A stretch of 64,000 nucleotides of DNA from an uncultured delta proteobacterium (GTDB lineage Bacteria > Myxococcota_A > Polyangia > Polyangiales > Polyangiaceae), in the NCBI GenBank assembly GCA_963782055.1, contig CAWAIF010000003.1:5632001-5696000 (forward strand), in the 5' to 3' direction. The position numbers and the translations under genes are program-made. Positions 8,119 through 17,473 of this stretch are shown in pieces; positions within the stretch are counted from its first letter, which is position 1, and every line of letters begins with the position of its first letter. Below the pieces are notes generated by a model that searched no databases, was not told where the DNA came from, and saw only the letters and a list, made by a program, of their open reading frames with translations.

Positions 8119-10575
8119 ATGGGCCACCAGGTCCACGCGCAGACACCCACCGAGACGGCCGCGACCTTCGACGAGGTCCGGGCGAGGGTGGTGCACCGGC
8201 GCGTGCGCACCTCCGTACGCCTCGTCGCCGGCTTCTACCTCGTCAACATCCTGGTCGGACCGCTCGCGGCGCCGCCGCAGGTGCGCGGCGCGCTGATCCT
8301 GCACCTGGGCGAGATGTTCGCGACCGCCCTCGCCAGCGCGCTCGTTCTCTCGCGGGCGCACAAGCCCTGGCAGGTGGAAGCCAACTTCGCCGTCACGGCC
8401 ACCATCCTCATGACCATCTCCGGCATCGCCCGGACCCCGCCGTACACGCTGTCCATCACCGCGGGGGCGTCCTTCGTGCTCCTCGGCGTGCTGGGCGTCG
8501 CGACCAAGCTTCCCCTGCGCTCCGCCGCACCGATGTTCGCGGCGAGCTGGCTGGCGCTCTACGTCGAGTCGAAGATCGCCGGCAGCTCCATCTTCATCCC
8601 GCTCTTCGCCGCCGCGTTCGGCTACGTGATGCTCTGCTTCCACGCGCGATCGCGCGACAGGCTGGAGCGCGAGGGGTTCGAGGGACGACAGCGCCTCGCC
8701 GAGGCCAACGAGCGCCTGCGCGCGTCGGACGAGGCGCGCTCGCGACTGTTCATCAACCTGAGCCACGACTTCCGGACCCCGCTGGCGGTCATCGCCGGCG
8801 AGGCGGAGCTCCTCGCCGCGCGCGCTACTGAGGGGGAGGACGCGGCAGCGCTGGCGCGCGTGCGGCGCAACGCCGCCGCGCTCGCCGACCTCACCGATCA
8901 GCTCCTGGAGCTCGCGCGGCTGGAAGCAGGCAGGACGCCGTGCATCCGCGCGCCGTTCGACCTGCCCGCTCTCGCGCGAGACGTGGCGCTGCAGCTTCAG
9001 CCCTCGCGCGGCAACGCGCGCGTGGTGGTGACCGGAGAGCCGACGCTCACCGTGAAGGCAGACCCCACGCACGTGCGGCGCGTGCTCGGCAACCTGGTGG
9101 CCAACGGGCTGCGACAGGTGGAGCGCCGGGGCGGGACGGTCACGCTGACGCTCTCGCGTGACGGGCACGAGGGTGGCGCGGGCGTGGTGGAGGTGAGCGA
9201 CGACGGCGACGGGATCGCGCCCGAGCGTCGGCTGGTCATCTTCGAGCGCTTCGCCTCCTTCGACGCGGCCGGGAGCGTGGCGTCGGGCATCGGGCTGCCG
9301 CTGGCGCGGGAGCTCGCCGCGCTCAACGGTGGATTGCTCGTGCTGCTCGAAGGTGTGGCGCGCACCACGTTCCGGCTCCGCCTCCCTTCCACGGGCGAGG
9401 CGGCCACCCCCTTCCCGCTCGCGCCGCAAGACGTCGCTGGCCACGCGGCCGGGGGGGACCCGCCGGAGGCGAAGCGTGAGCGGCCGGCCCTGCTCGTGGT
9501 GGAGGACCATCACGAGATGGCCGCCGTCCTGACCCGGGTGCTGGCGGCGAAGTTCACGGTCCGCCTCGCCACGACGATGGGAGAGGCGCGCGCGGCCCTG
9601 GCCGGGGCGCTTCCGCGCGCGGTGGTCTGCGATGTGATGCTGCCCGACGGCGACGGCTACGGCCTGCTGGAGTGCCTGCGCGACCGCGACGACCTCGTGC
9701 CCTTCGTCTTCGTGTCGGCGCTCGGACAACCGGCGGAGCGCGCGCGGGGCCTGCGCGCGGGGGCGGACGACTATCTGGCCAAGCCCTTCTCCGGCGAGGA
9801 GCTCGTCGCGCGCGTCGTGCGCGCCGTCGAGCGCGCCGAGGCGCGGGAGCGGGCGCTCGCCGCCCAGCGGCAGGACTTCCTCGCTGAAGTGCACGACGGT
9901 GTGAGCGCCAGCCTGACGCGGGCCGCGCTCGCGCTGGAGTCCAGCGGGGCGCGCCCTGCGCTCTCGCACCCGCCGGATCCCGACGCGACCTCCGACGCGC
10001 TCGCTGCCGTGCGTGACGGCCTCGCCGAGGCGCGCGCGATGATGACCCTCCTCGAGGCGAGGCACGAGGACTGGTCCGCCGTCGCGGCGGACGTGCGACG
10101 TGAGACCGCCGACGTGTGCGGGCGTGCTGCGCTCACCGTGCGCTTCGACATCACGAGCGACGACGATCGTGCCCGCCTCTCGCCGGCGGAGGCCCTCACC
10201 GTGCGGCGCGTGGTGCGCGAGGCGATCACCAACGTCCTGAAGCACGCGGGGGCGCACGCCGTGGAATGCACGCTGGGACTTCGCCACGGCCAGGTGCACG
10301 CGCGGGTGGAGGACGACGGCCGCGGCGTCACCACCAGCGATCGCCCTGGCCGCGGCCTGGGCATCCTCGCGCGAAGGGTGGGCCGCCTGGGCGGGATCAC
10401 GGCCTTCGGGCTGGTACCCGGCGGCGGCGGCTTCGTCGAGGCCCGCTTCCCTCTCGCGGGCTCTGCCCTGCCCACATCGGCCGACGACATCGCCACCGAG
10501 CACGCAGGAGCTGCGCCCTCGCGCAGGCCCGCCCCCCTCCTCTCCTCCCGCGAGGGAGAGGGGGCGGGAGGATGA
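8119..10575 (+). CDS. Membrane hybrid histidine kinase: TM-HisKA-HATPase-REC-HisKA_3-HATPase
   Basis: SHDFRTPL H-box, NLVANG, DDGDGI, receiver DVMLPDGDG/AKPF, second H-box EVHDGVS, EAITNVLKHA, DDGRG. Confidence 0.9.
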   Translation: MGHQVHAQTPTETAATFDEVRARVVHRRVRTSVRLVAGFYLVNILVGPLAAPPQVRGALILHLGEMFATALASALVLSRAHKPWQVEANFAVTATILMTISGIARTPPYTLSITAGASFVLLGVLGVATKLPLRSAAPMFAASWLALYVESKIAGSSIFIPLFAAAFGYVMLCFHARSRDRLEREGFEGRQRLAEANERLRASDEARSRLFINLSHDFRTPLAVIAGEAELLAARATEGEDAAALARVRRNAAALADLTDQLLELARLEAGRTPCIRAPFDLPALARDVALQLQPSRGNARVVVTGEPTLTVKADPTHVRRVLGNLVANGLRQVERRGGTVTLTLSRDGHEGGAGVVEVSDDGDGIAPERRLVIFERFASFDAAGSVASGIGLPLARELAALNGGLLVLLEGVARTTFRLRLPSTGEAATPFPLAPQDVAGHAAGGDPPEAKRERPALLVVEDHHEMAAVLTRVLAAKFTVRLATTMGEARAALAGALPRAVVCDVMLPDGDGYGLLECLRDRDDLVPFVFVSALGQPAERARGLRAGADDYLAKPFSGEELVARVVRAVERAEARERALAAQRQDFLAEVHDGVSASLTRAALALESSGARPALSHPPDPDATSDALAAVRDGLAEARAMMTLLEARHEDWSAVAADVRRETADVCGRAALTVRFDITSDDDRARLSPAEALTVRRVVREAITNVLKHAGAHAVECTLGLRHGQVHARVEDDGRGVTTSDRPGRGLGILARRVGRLGGITAFGLVPGGGGFVEARFPLAGSALPTSADDIATEHAGAAPSRRPAPLLSSREGEGAGG

Positions 10576-10576
10576 G
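10532..10576. repeat. CCTCTCC..GGGAGAGG hairpin repeat (second family)
   Basis: CCTCCTCTCCTCCCGCGAGGGAGAGGGGGCGGGAGGATGAG, similar to 12334-12374. Confidence 0.55.
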
Positions 10577-10594
10577 CTCGGGTTCCCGGAGCGC

Positions 10595-10819
10595 TCAGTG
10601 CGCCGAGCGGATGCGATGCCCGCTGAGCGGCAGATGCCACAGCGGCGCGAACAGACACACGTCGAACACCCCCGCGAAGAAGGGGATCAGGCCGACAATC
10701 GCGAGCACCGAGCCGGCGGGGCCGCCGAGCCAGCCCAGGCCGAGGTACATGAGGAAGACGCCGGCGATCACCCGGATGACCCGGCCTGTCGGCGACGCCA
10801 TGAAGTGGACGAAACGCAT
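10595..10819 (-). CDS. DUF2892/YgaP-like small membrane protein
   Basis: MRFVHFMASPTGRVIRVIAG...VGLIPFFAGVFDVCLFAPL, with a GGAGG RBS. Confidence 0.85.
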   Translation of the reverse strand: MRFVHFMASPTGRVIRVIAGVFLMYLGLGWLGGPAGSVLAIVGLIPFFAGVFDVCLFAPLWHLPLSGHRIRSAH

Positions 10820-10912
10820 GGGACACCTCCTGCTCCTTCGCGCTGCACCCGCCGTGCCACTCGCGTGAGCACGGCGGCGGCGTGCTCGCACGGGGCGTGC
10901 TTCCTCCATCGC

Positions 10913-11548
10913 ATGGTCGACTCGCTCCTCGCGCAGGCGGTGCTCCTCTGGTCGGTCATCGACCCGATCGGCACGCTCCCGGTGTTCCTGCGGGAGGCGC
11001 GCGGGCTCGAGCCGCGGGAGGCGCGCAAGCTCGCGACGCAGGCGGTGGCCTTCGCGACGGGGGTGCTCGTCTTCTTCGTCGTGCTCGGCCAGCTCCTGCT
11101 GGAGGCGATGGGGATCTCCCTCGAGGCGTTCCGCATCGCGGGCGGGGTCCTGCTCTTCCTCTTCTCACTCACGATGGTCTTCGGCGAGAGCAAACCGAGC
11201 CAGGAGCTGCGGCTCGCGGACCAGAAGCGCACCGCGGGGCGCGCGCTCTACCCGCTCGCCGTCCCGTCCATCGCCTCGCCAGGTGCGCTGCTCGCCGCGG
11301 TGCTGCTCACCGACAACCATCGCCACGCGTGGACGAGCCAGGCGACGACCTCCCTGATCATGCTCGGCGTGCTCCTCGTCACGTGGCTGCTCCTGCTCGT
11401 CGCGCGTCCGCTGGAGCGGGTGCTCGGACTGGCAGGCACCGAGATGGTGAGCCGCATCATGGGCATCCTGCTGGCGTCCCTCGCCACGCAGCAGATCCTC
11501 GTCGGCATCGCGCGCTTCTTCCATCTCCCGGGGGCCGAGGCCGGATGA
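10913..11548 (+). CDS. MarC family membrane protein
   Basis: VIDPIGTLPVF, FRIAGGVLL, PLAVPSIASPGA, SRIMGILL. Confidence 0.92.
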   Translation: MVDSLLAQAVLLWSVIDPIGTLPVFLREARGLEPREARKLATQAVAFATGVLVFFVVLGQLLLEAMGISLEAFRIAGGVLLFLFSLTMVFGESKPSQELRLADQKRTAGRALYPLAVPSIASPGALLAAVLLTDNHRHAWTSQATTSLIMLGVLLVTWLLLLVARPLERVLGLAGTEMVSRIMGILLASLATQQILVGIARFFHLPGAEAG

Positions 11549-11569
11549 CCGCCGCTCGGGGCGCGCCGT

Positions 11570-12139
11570 TCACTTCGGCGGACCGGGAACCCAGCCACCC
11601 TTCGGCACCTCGTCGGGCGCGAGGGGGACGCGCAGGAGCACCTCCTTCACGCACGCCACCAGCCCTGGCGGGAGGTCCTTCGCCTTCACGCGGACCTCCT
11701 TCGCCACGCCGTGCGCGTCGTACCGGATGCGGATGTCCTCGATGGACCCGCTCATCGACGGGTTGGAGGCGAGGGCCCTGCGGTAGCATGCGCGCATTCC
11801 GGACATCGCCTGGGCGAGCACCCGCTCGGCGGAGCTCTTCGCAGGCCCGGAGGGGAGCCAGGCGAGGCCGGTCGCCGGCGCGGTGGGGGGCGGCGTCGCA
11901 CTCGCCGAGGGCGCGGGCGCGGCCGACATCGCGGGCGCGGCCGACGACGCCGCAGCGGACGGCGGAGCCGTACCCGCGTCGTCACCGGCCGCGGGAGCCG
12001 CCGACTTCCCCGCTCCGGCATCCCCCGCCTCGACGCTCGCGATCGCCGGTCCGCCCGGGCTCGTCTGCGGCGCCGCAGCGGGAGCCGCCTCTCCCTGACA
12101 GGCCACGAGCACTCCGATCAGCCCCAGCATCGCCCGCAT
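11570..12139 (-). CDS. Lipoprotein with an Ala/Pro linker and an AgmX/PglI-like C-terminal domain
   Basis: MRAMLGLIGVLVAC lipobox. MRACYRRALASNPSMSG...VACV pattern. Confidence 0.75.
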   Translation of the reverse strand: MRAMLGLIGVLVACQGEAAPAAAPQTSPGGPAIASVEAGDAGAGKSAAPAAGDDAGTAPPSAAASSAAPAMSAAPAPSASATPPPTAPATGLAWLPSGPAKSSAERVLAQAMSGMRACYRRALASNPSMSGSIEDIRIRYDAHGVAKEVRVKAKDLPPGLVACVKEVLLRVPLAPDEVPKGGWVPGPPK

Positions 12140-12160
12140 CCCTCCCACCCTACCACGCCC

Positions 12161-12338
12161 CCCTCCATCTCTTCTCCCCCTCCATACTCTTCTCCCCCTC
12201 CATCTCTTCTTCCCCCTCCATCTCTTCTCCCCCTCCATCTCTTCTCCCCCCTCCATCTCTTCTCCCCCTCCATCTCTTCTCCCCCTCCATCTCTTCTCCC
12301 CCTCCATCTCTTCTCCCCCCTCCATCTCTTCTCCCCCC
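12161..12338. repeat. Polypyrimidine tandem repeat, about 10 x 17-18 bp (TCCATCTCTTCTCCCCC)
   Basis: Ten TCCAT-anchored units counted. C-run length varies and there are no spacers. Confidence 0.95.
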
Positions 12339-12409
12339 TCTCCCTCGTAGGGAGAGGGGGGCAGGGGGGGTGAGGCGGTGAGGGGGGCGGGGGGGGTGAG
12401 GCGGTGAGG
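12334..12409. repeat. CCCCTCTCCC-N5-GGGAGAGGGG hairpin repeat with a duplicated G-rich tail
   Basis: Inverted repeat CCCCCTCTCCC/GGGAGAGGGGG, followed by two GGGGGGTGAGGCGGTGAGG units. Confidence 0.7.
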
Positions 12410-12410
12410 C

Positions 12411-14795
12411 TCAGTTGGGCGGAGGGGGCGCGTCGCAGTGGCCCGCGCTGCACACCAGACCCGCGCAGCAGTTGCCGTCGGTGGTGCAGTTGTCACCCTC
12501 GCCGCCGCACCCCTTCGGCGTCGAGCCGCACGCCAGCCCGCCGTCGCCGGACGACTCGCAGTAGCCGCCGCAGCACTGATCGCCGGTCTCGCAGCTCGCG
12601 CCGTCCTGCTCGCACGGGTCGAGCACCCAGAAGCTACGGAAGTTGCCCGCCGTCAGCTCCTGCGCCGGCAGGTAGAACGCCGGGTGGCTCGGGTCGGTCC
12701 CCGGCTTGCCGTTGACGTCGAAGGCCGCCACCCAGAGCTTCTTGGTCATCGGGTTCTGCGCGTACGGCGTGAAGGGCACGCCGTTCGTGCTGCTGCACCA
12801 CGGGTTGATGGTGGCCACGCTGCCGTACAGCCTGCGCGAGGTGAAGGCGACCCAGATGTAGCCGCCGGAGACGATGGGCGCGACGGTGGGGTCGAACTGC
12901 AGCGTCGCGTCGTCGTCGTGGTGGTCGGGCCCGGTCGGGAGGTAACCCTTGCCATTCGCCGCGTCGAGGCGGTGCGCGGTCTTGGTGGCGAGGTCCACCC
13001 ACCACAGCTCGGCGCGCGCCCCGTCCAGGTTCGGGCAGTTGGACCAGCTCGTGTCCATGCCCTTCATCGCCGTCGTCCCGGCGAAGTAGCCGTTGGACTG
13101 CGTGACCAGCTCGAAGACGACGGCGTCGTCGTTCGGCGTGAAGAAGGGGGCGACGGCGACGCATCCCGCGCAGGTCGGCGTGTAGAGCGTGCGGAGGTTG
13201 GAGAAGGTCTTGGTGCTCTGGTCGAAGTCGGCGACCGCGAGCGACTTGCCGTCCCCCGACTTGCCGTCCTTGCCCGGGCCGCCCGTGTAGAAGGTGAAGA
13301 CGACGTGCTTGCCGTCGGGGGAGAACTCCGGCAGCGCCGCCCCGAGCTGGCTCGTCAGGGAGAGCTGCTGCTGGATCTGGGCCGGCGTGACCACCGCGCT
13401 CCCGCCCGGCAGCGCGAAGATGCCGCTCGGCGTGGTGGTGGCCCCCTCCAGTCCATCGGGGCTCCAGGGCGCCGCGGAGTCGGAGAAGTAGAGCGACCCG
13501 TCGGGGCTGATGCCGCCCCACGTGTAGAGCCCGGTCGTCTTGGGGAGCCATGCGCCGGGAGGGGCGGGGTTCTGCAGGTCGTAGTAGACGTCGTAGTCCT
13601 GCCCGTTGCCCGGGTAAAAGTCGTCCTCCGCGATCAGGTTGGAGCCCTTCGCCCCCACCGAGTGACAGACCTGGCACCGCGTCTTGGAGGTGACGAGGTA
13701 CGGGTCGGTGGCGCCGTGCTTGATGGCCAGCACCGAGCCGCCGATCTCGTTGCTCCAGTTGCTCGTCGAGAGGCGCGTGCCGTAGCTGCCGTAGTAGACG
13801 GTCCCCTTCAGCTCGCCGGTCGCGACGTCCCACGTCTGCGTGATGGGCCCGTAGCCCTGGCCGTTCTTCGCGATCGTCAGGCTGAGGATCAGGTGATCGC
13901 GCTGCCCGTTGATCACGCCGCCGGCGGTGTCGGTCGCCATCTTCCAGACGTCCTGCGGGATGGGGTGACGGATGAAGCTCGTCCCGGTCTGCTGCAAGAT
14001 CGCCGGCCGCGCGAAGGTCCCGGAGTAGGTGAAGGAGCCGCTGGTGGTCGTCAGATCGATCTTGATCGCGTCGGCGTCTCCGGTGGACCAGCTCCACTGC
14101 AGCAGCGGCGCGAGCAGGCCGCGCGGCCACACCGTCCCCGCGTACGGGTAGAGGAGGCCGAGGTTCTGCGCCTTGCCGTCGCTGGCAGGGTTCTTCAGGG
14201 CGTTGAGCGTCGCGTTGTCGGTGACCGCGCCGCCCAGGCCCTCGCCGCCGACGCCGCCGATGCCCCCGCCCTTCAGGAGGTCGCCGGGGTTGGTCGCCAC
14301 CTGCCCGGTCTCGTTGCCGGTCGCTCCGTTCTGGTCGGTCGTGAGCTTGACGAGCACCGCGCGCTGGACGGTGTTGCCGCCGTAGCTGGCGACGACGTGA
14401 ACGAGCCCGCCGGTCGTGCCGATCGGGGCGAAGGTGGTGGTACTGCCGCCCGTCGGCGCGACCGTCGCGGCCTCCCCGCGGTCCACGGTCCACGTCGCGT
14501 TGATGGGGCTGCCGTTCAGCGTCGCGGTGTACGCGACGGTCGGCGTCTGCTGCCCGGCCTGGACGGTGATGGTCTGCATCGCGTTCGGCTGCACGTCGAA
14601 GGCCTCCGGCGCGGCCTCGTTCCCGCCGTCGCAGCCAAAGGGACAGCCGCCGTCGAAGTCCGCCTCGAGCGAGGCGTCGGTGGACGCGTCGTCGTCGAAG
14701 GTGCCGAGTCCGTGATCGCCGCACGCGAACACGGCGCTCCCCGCCACCGCGATCGTCAGCGGCACCCACCAGGCTCGAAAGGAGAAACCACTCAT
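12411..14795 (-). CDS. Large lipoprotein with a TolB-like beta-propeller region and a Cys-rich C-terminus
   Basis: GGAGG RBS before MSGFSF; AVFAC lipobox. SPDG and P.FSPDGK propeller repeats, a CQVCH motif, and a C-terminal CC..C repeat. Confidence 0.85.
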   Translation of the reverse strand: MSGFSFRAWWVPLTIAVAGSAVFACGDHGLGTFDDDASTDASLEADFDGGCPFGCDGGNEAAPEAFDVQPNAMQTITVQAGQQTPTVAYTATLNGSPINATWTVDRGEAATVAPTGGSTTTFAPIGTTGGLVHVVASYGGNTVQRAVLVKLTTDQNGATGNETGQVATNPGDLLKGGGIGGVGGEGLGGAVTDNATLNALKNPASDGKAQNLGLLYPYAGTVWPRGLLAPLLQWSWSTGDADAIKIDLTTTSGSFTYSGTFARPAILQQTGTSFIRHPIPQDVWKMATDTAGGVINGQRDHLILSLTIAKNGQGYGPITQTWDVATGELKGTVYYGSYGTRLSTSNWSNEIGGSVLAIKHGATDPYLVTSKTRCQVCHSVGAKGSNLIAEDDFYPGNGQDYDVYYDLQNPAPPGAWLPKTTGLYTWGGISPDGSLYFSDSAAPWSPDGLEGATTTPSGIFALPGGSAVVTPAQIQQQLSLTSQLGAALPEFSPDGKHVVFTFYTGGPGKDGKSGDGKSLAVADFDQSTKTFSNLRTLYTPTCAGCVAVAPFFTPNDDAVVFELVTQSNGYFAGTTAMKGMDTSWSNCPNLDGARAELWWVDLATKTAHRLDAANGKGYLPTGPDHHDDDATLQFDPTVAPIVSGGYIWVAFTSRRLYGSVATINPWCSSTNGVPFTPYAQNPMTKKLWVAAFDVNGKPGTDPSHPAFYLPAQELTAGNFRSFWVLDPCEQDGASCETGDQCCGGYCESSGDGGLACGSTPKGCGGEGDNCTTDGNCCAGLVCSAGHCDAPPPPN

Positions 14796-14974
14796 GACAG
14801 ACCTCCGCCTTTGCGGGTGAGGTCGACGCCGGCGCGCCGGACGGGTCACCGCGGGCGGATTACTTCGCGTTACATCGGCCGCCGGGGTCTGGTGGACCGG
14901 GGCGCGGGCGCGGCACTCTTGGGGTGCGTGACCCGATCGACCCCTCCCGGTCGACTGGGCCGGCATGGGGCAGG

Positions 14975-15580
14975 ATGAGCGCGACCTCGACATTTCACGC
15001 AGTGGCGGACGGCCCGCGGCAGGAGACCCTGCTGGCGCGCGCGGCCGCGACCGGCGATCGCGCCGCGCTGCGGGAGGTGCTGCACCTCGTCGGTGCCGCG
15101 GTGCTGGGTGGCGTGCGCTCGGTGGTGGGACCCGCGCACCCCGATCTGGACGATCTGGTGCAGGAGTCGCTGATCGGGGTGGTGCAGGCGCTCGCTTCCT
15201 TCCGCGGGGACGCGTCGCTCGTCCACTTCGCGCGGCGCATCGCGGTGCGGCGCGCGATCGACGGGCTCCGGACGGCCATCCGGGCGCGGCGGCGGCACGC
15301 CGACCTGTCGCAGGCACCGGAGCCGGCGGTGCCGGCCCCCAGCTTGCTCGAGCGACGACAGGGCAAGTGGCGGGCGCTGCTCGCCGAGCTGCCGGCGGCG
15401 CAGGCGGAGGCGCTGGTGCTGCGCGCGGTGGAGGGCTGCTCGGTGGAGGAGATCGCGACGATCACCGGCGCGCCGGCGGAGACGGTGCGCAGCCGGCTGC
15501 GCCTCGCCAAGAACGCGCTGCGCGCGCGCATCGCGGCCGACCGGAGCTTCGCCGATTCTGATCGTGGAGGGGCGCGATGA
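14975..15580 (+). CDS. ECF sigma-70 factor
   Basis: DDLVQESLI and FRGDASL (region 2); EEIATITGAPAETVRSRLRLAK (region 4). Confidence 0.92.
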   Translation: MSATSTFHAVADGPRQETLLARAAATGDRAALREVLHLVGAAVLGGVRSVVGPAHPDLDDLVQESLIGVVQALASFRGDASLVHFARRIAVRRAIDGLRTAIRARRRHADLSQAPEPAVPAPSLLERRQGKWRALLAELPAAQAEALVLRAVEGCSVEEIATITGAPAETVRSRLRLAKNALRARIAADRSFADSDRGGAR

Positions 15581-16344
15581 TGGAACGTGACGCCCTCGAG
15601 GCCGCGCTGGGCGACGCCCTGCGGCCCGCCCGCGCGCCCGAGCCGGGCGACGCCGAGCTGCTGCGGCGCCTGGTCGACCGGGTCGTCGCGGCACCGCCCG
15701 CGCCGCGGCCGAGCCTGCGGCTGCGCCTGCTCGGTGCAGGTGGCGTCGGGCTCGCGGTGGGCGCCGCCGTGCTCGCCGGGTTGCTCCATCGCGCGCCGCC
15801 TCCGGCGAGGCCGGTGGAGACGCGCGTCACGCCGGTGACGACGGCCTCCCCGCCGCCAGCGACCGCGCCGGCGACGACCGCGCGCGCCGCCACGCCGGAC
15901 ACGGACCTCCTCCCCGCGCCGACGGCGCCGGCCGTCACCCCGAGCGCCCCGCGCGAGGCGATGCCCACCGCGGCGGAGCTCTTCGCCCGCGCCAACGGCG
16001 CCCGTCGCCAGGGCCGCGACCCGGAGGCCGTCGCCGGCTACCGCGCGCTGCAGCGCGCCTTCCCCTCCTCGCCGGAGGCGGTGGCCTCGCACATGTCCCT
16101 GGGCCGCCTCCTGCTCGACGACCGCTCCGATCCCGCCGGCGCCCTCGCCCAGTTCGACCGGTACCTGGCCAGCGGGTCGCACCGCGAGCTACGAGAGGAG
16201 GCGCTGATCGGCCGCGCGCTCGCCCTGGGTCAGCTCGCGCGGTCAAAGGAAGAGCGACAGGCATGGAAGGCGCTGCTGCAGGAGTACCCGGGGTCGATGT
16301 ACGCCGACCAGGCACGCGACCGCGTCGCCGCGCTGGGCGGTTGA
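15577..16344 (+). CDS. Putative anti-sigma factor: single TM, Pro/Thr linker, C-terminal TPR domain
   Basis: ATGA overlap with the sigma gene. TPR-like segments ending FPSSPEA and YPGSMYA. Confidence 0.8.
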   Translation: MMERDALEAALGDALRPARAPEPGDAELLRRLVDRVVAAPPAPRPSLRLRLLGAGGVGLAVGAAVLAGLLHRAPPPARPVETRVTPVTTASPPPATAPATTARAATPDTDLLPAPTAPAVTPSAPREAMPTAAELFARANGARRQGRDPEAVAGYRALQRAFPSSPEAVASHMSLGRLLLDDRSDPAGALAQFDRYLASGSHRELREEALIGRALALGQLARSKEERQAWKALLQEYPGSMYADQARDRVAALGG

Positions 16345-17432
16345 GACCTCTCGTCGTCCTCTGCGTCTTCGTGGCGGTGCTGGTGCAGGCGGGGGCGGCC
16401 CTCGCGCGGGAGCGCACCGTGCGGGTCATCGTCGCCGGAGACCCGCGCGAGGCGCGGGATCTGGAGCTGCTGGTGCGCGACCTGCTCGTGCGCCTCGGCG
16501 CGAAGGTGGAGGTGAGCTCCGCCGCCACGATCGATCCGGCGGCGGTCGTCGAGAAGCCGCCTTCGTTCGCCCCCGCCCTCGCGCGCGTGTGGATTGATTC
16601 GAGGCCCCCGGACCACGCGATGCTCTACCTCGTCGACCAGACGTGGGAGCGCGTGCTGGTGCGGCGCGTCGCGCGGGACCCTGCGCACCTGGAGGTCTGC
16701 AGGGAGGACGTGGGCCACATCCTGGAGACGGCGGTGGAGGCCATGCTGGCCGGGGCGAAGATCGGTGTCGAGCGCGCGACGCTCCGGCCGCCGCCGCCGT
16801 CGGCGACGGCCCCCGCACGCGCGCCCCCGCCGCAGCGACGACCGCCGCGACGACGACCGCCGCGACCGAAGCCGCGGCGCCCGCGCCCTCCGCGCCGGCA
16901 CACCGAGCTGCGCGTCGGGGTGATCACGCAGACGACCCTCTTCTCCGCCGAGCTCCCCCTCGCCCAGGCGATCGGCGTGTCGGCCTCTCTCGAGACACCC
17001 TGGCGCGCCGGCAGCGCGGCGCGCGCCGGGGGCTGGATGACCCTCACCTACCGGTTGCCCTCGCGCACCACGGCGCTGCCCCTCGGCGTGCGGCTGCAAG
17101 GTCTGGAGGTGCGGCTGCTCGGACGCGTCGCGCTGCCCGTCTCGCCGGAGCTCCGCGTGGAGCTCGGGTTCGGCCCGGGTGTCGACGTCATCGACGCGAC
17201 CTCGGTCGCCAACCGCCCGGGCGCGACGCTCACCGCCCCCAGCGCCGACGTGTCCTTCCTCCTGCGCGGCGCCTTCGGCGTGCGGTGGCGCCGCCTGCTC
17301 GGGCTCCTGCTCGTGGCCGACGCCGACCTCACCCCGCGCGACTACACCTTCGTCCAGGGAGGCCGGCGCGCGGTGGCCCTCTCTCCCTTCGTCGTGCGTC
17401 CGAGCCTCGTCCTGGAGGCGGCCTTCCGCTGA
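16341..17432 (+). CDS. Secreted or outer-membrane hypothetical protein
   Basis: TTG start overlapping the upstream stop. Signal peptide, and alternating beta-strand pattern in the C-terminal half. Confidence 0.7.
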   Translation: MRPLVVLCVFVAVLVQAGAALARERTVRVIVAGDPREARDLELLVRDLLVRLGAKVEVSSAATIDPAAVVEKPPSFAPALARVWIDSRPPDHAMLYLVDQTWERVLVRRVARDPAHLEVCREDVGHILETAVEAMLAGAKIGVERATLRPPPPSATAPARAPPPQRRPPRRRPPRPKPRRPRPPRRHTELRVGVITQTTLFSAELPLAQAIGVSASLETPWRAGSAARAGGWMTLTYRLPSRTTALPLGVRLQGLEVRLLGRVALPVSPELRVELGFGPGVDVIDATSVANRPGATLTAPSADVSFLLRGAFGVRWRRLLGLLLVADADLTPRDYTFVQGGRRAVALSPFVVRPSLVLEAAFR

Positions 17433-17473
17433 CCGGCGTCCGCCGGCCGAGGTGATACGCTGCGTGGAGCTGC

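Noticed and set aside
12161..12338. Possible CRISPR array
   Set aside because: Units are contiguous with no unique spacers, and no cas genes are present. It is a minisatellite.
11570..12496. 308-aa ORF with EEMEGG/KRWRG repeats as a repeat protein
   Set aside because: The repeats are a translation of the non-coding minisatellite. The signal peptide begins at 12139.
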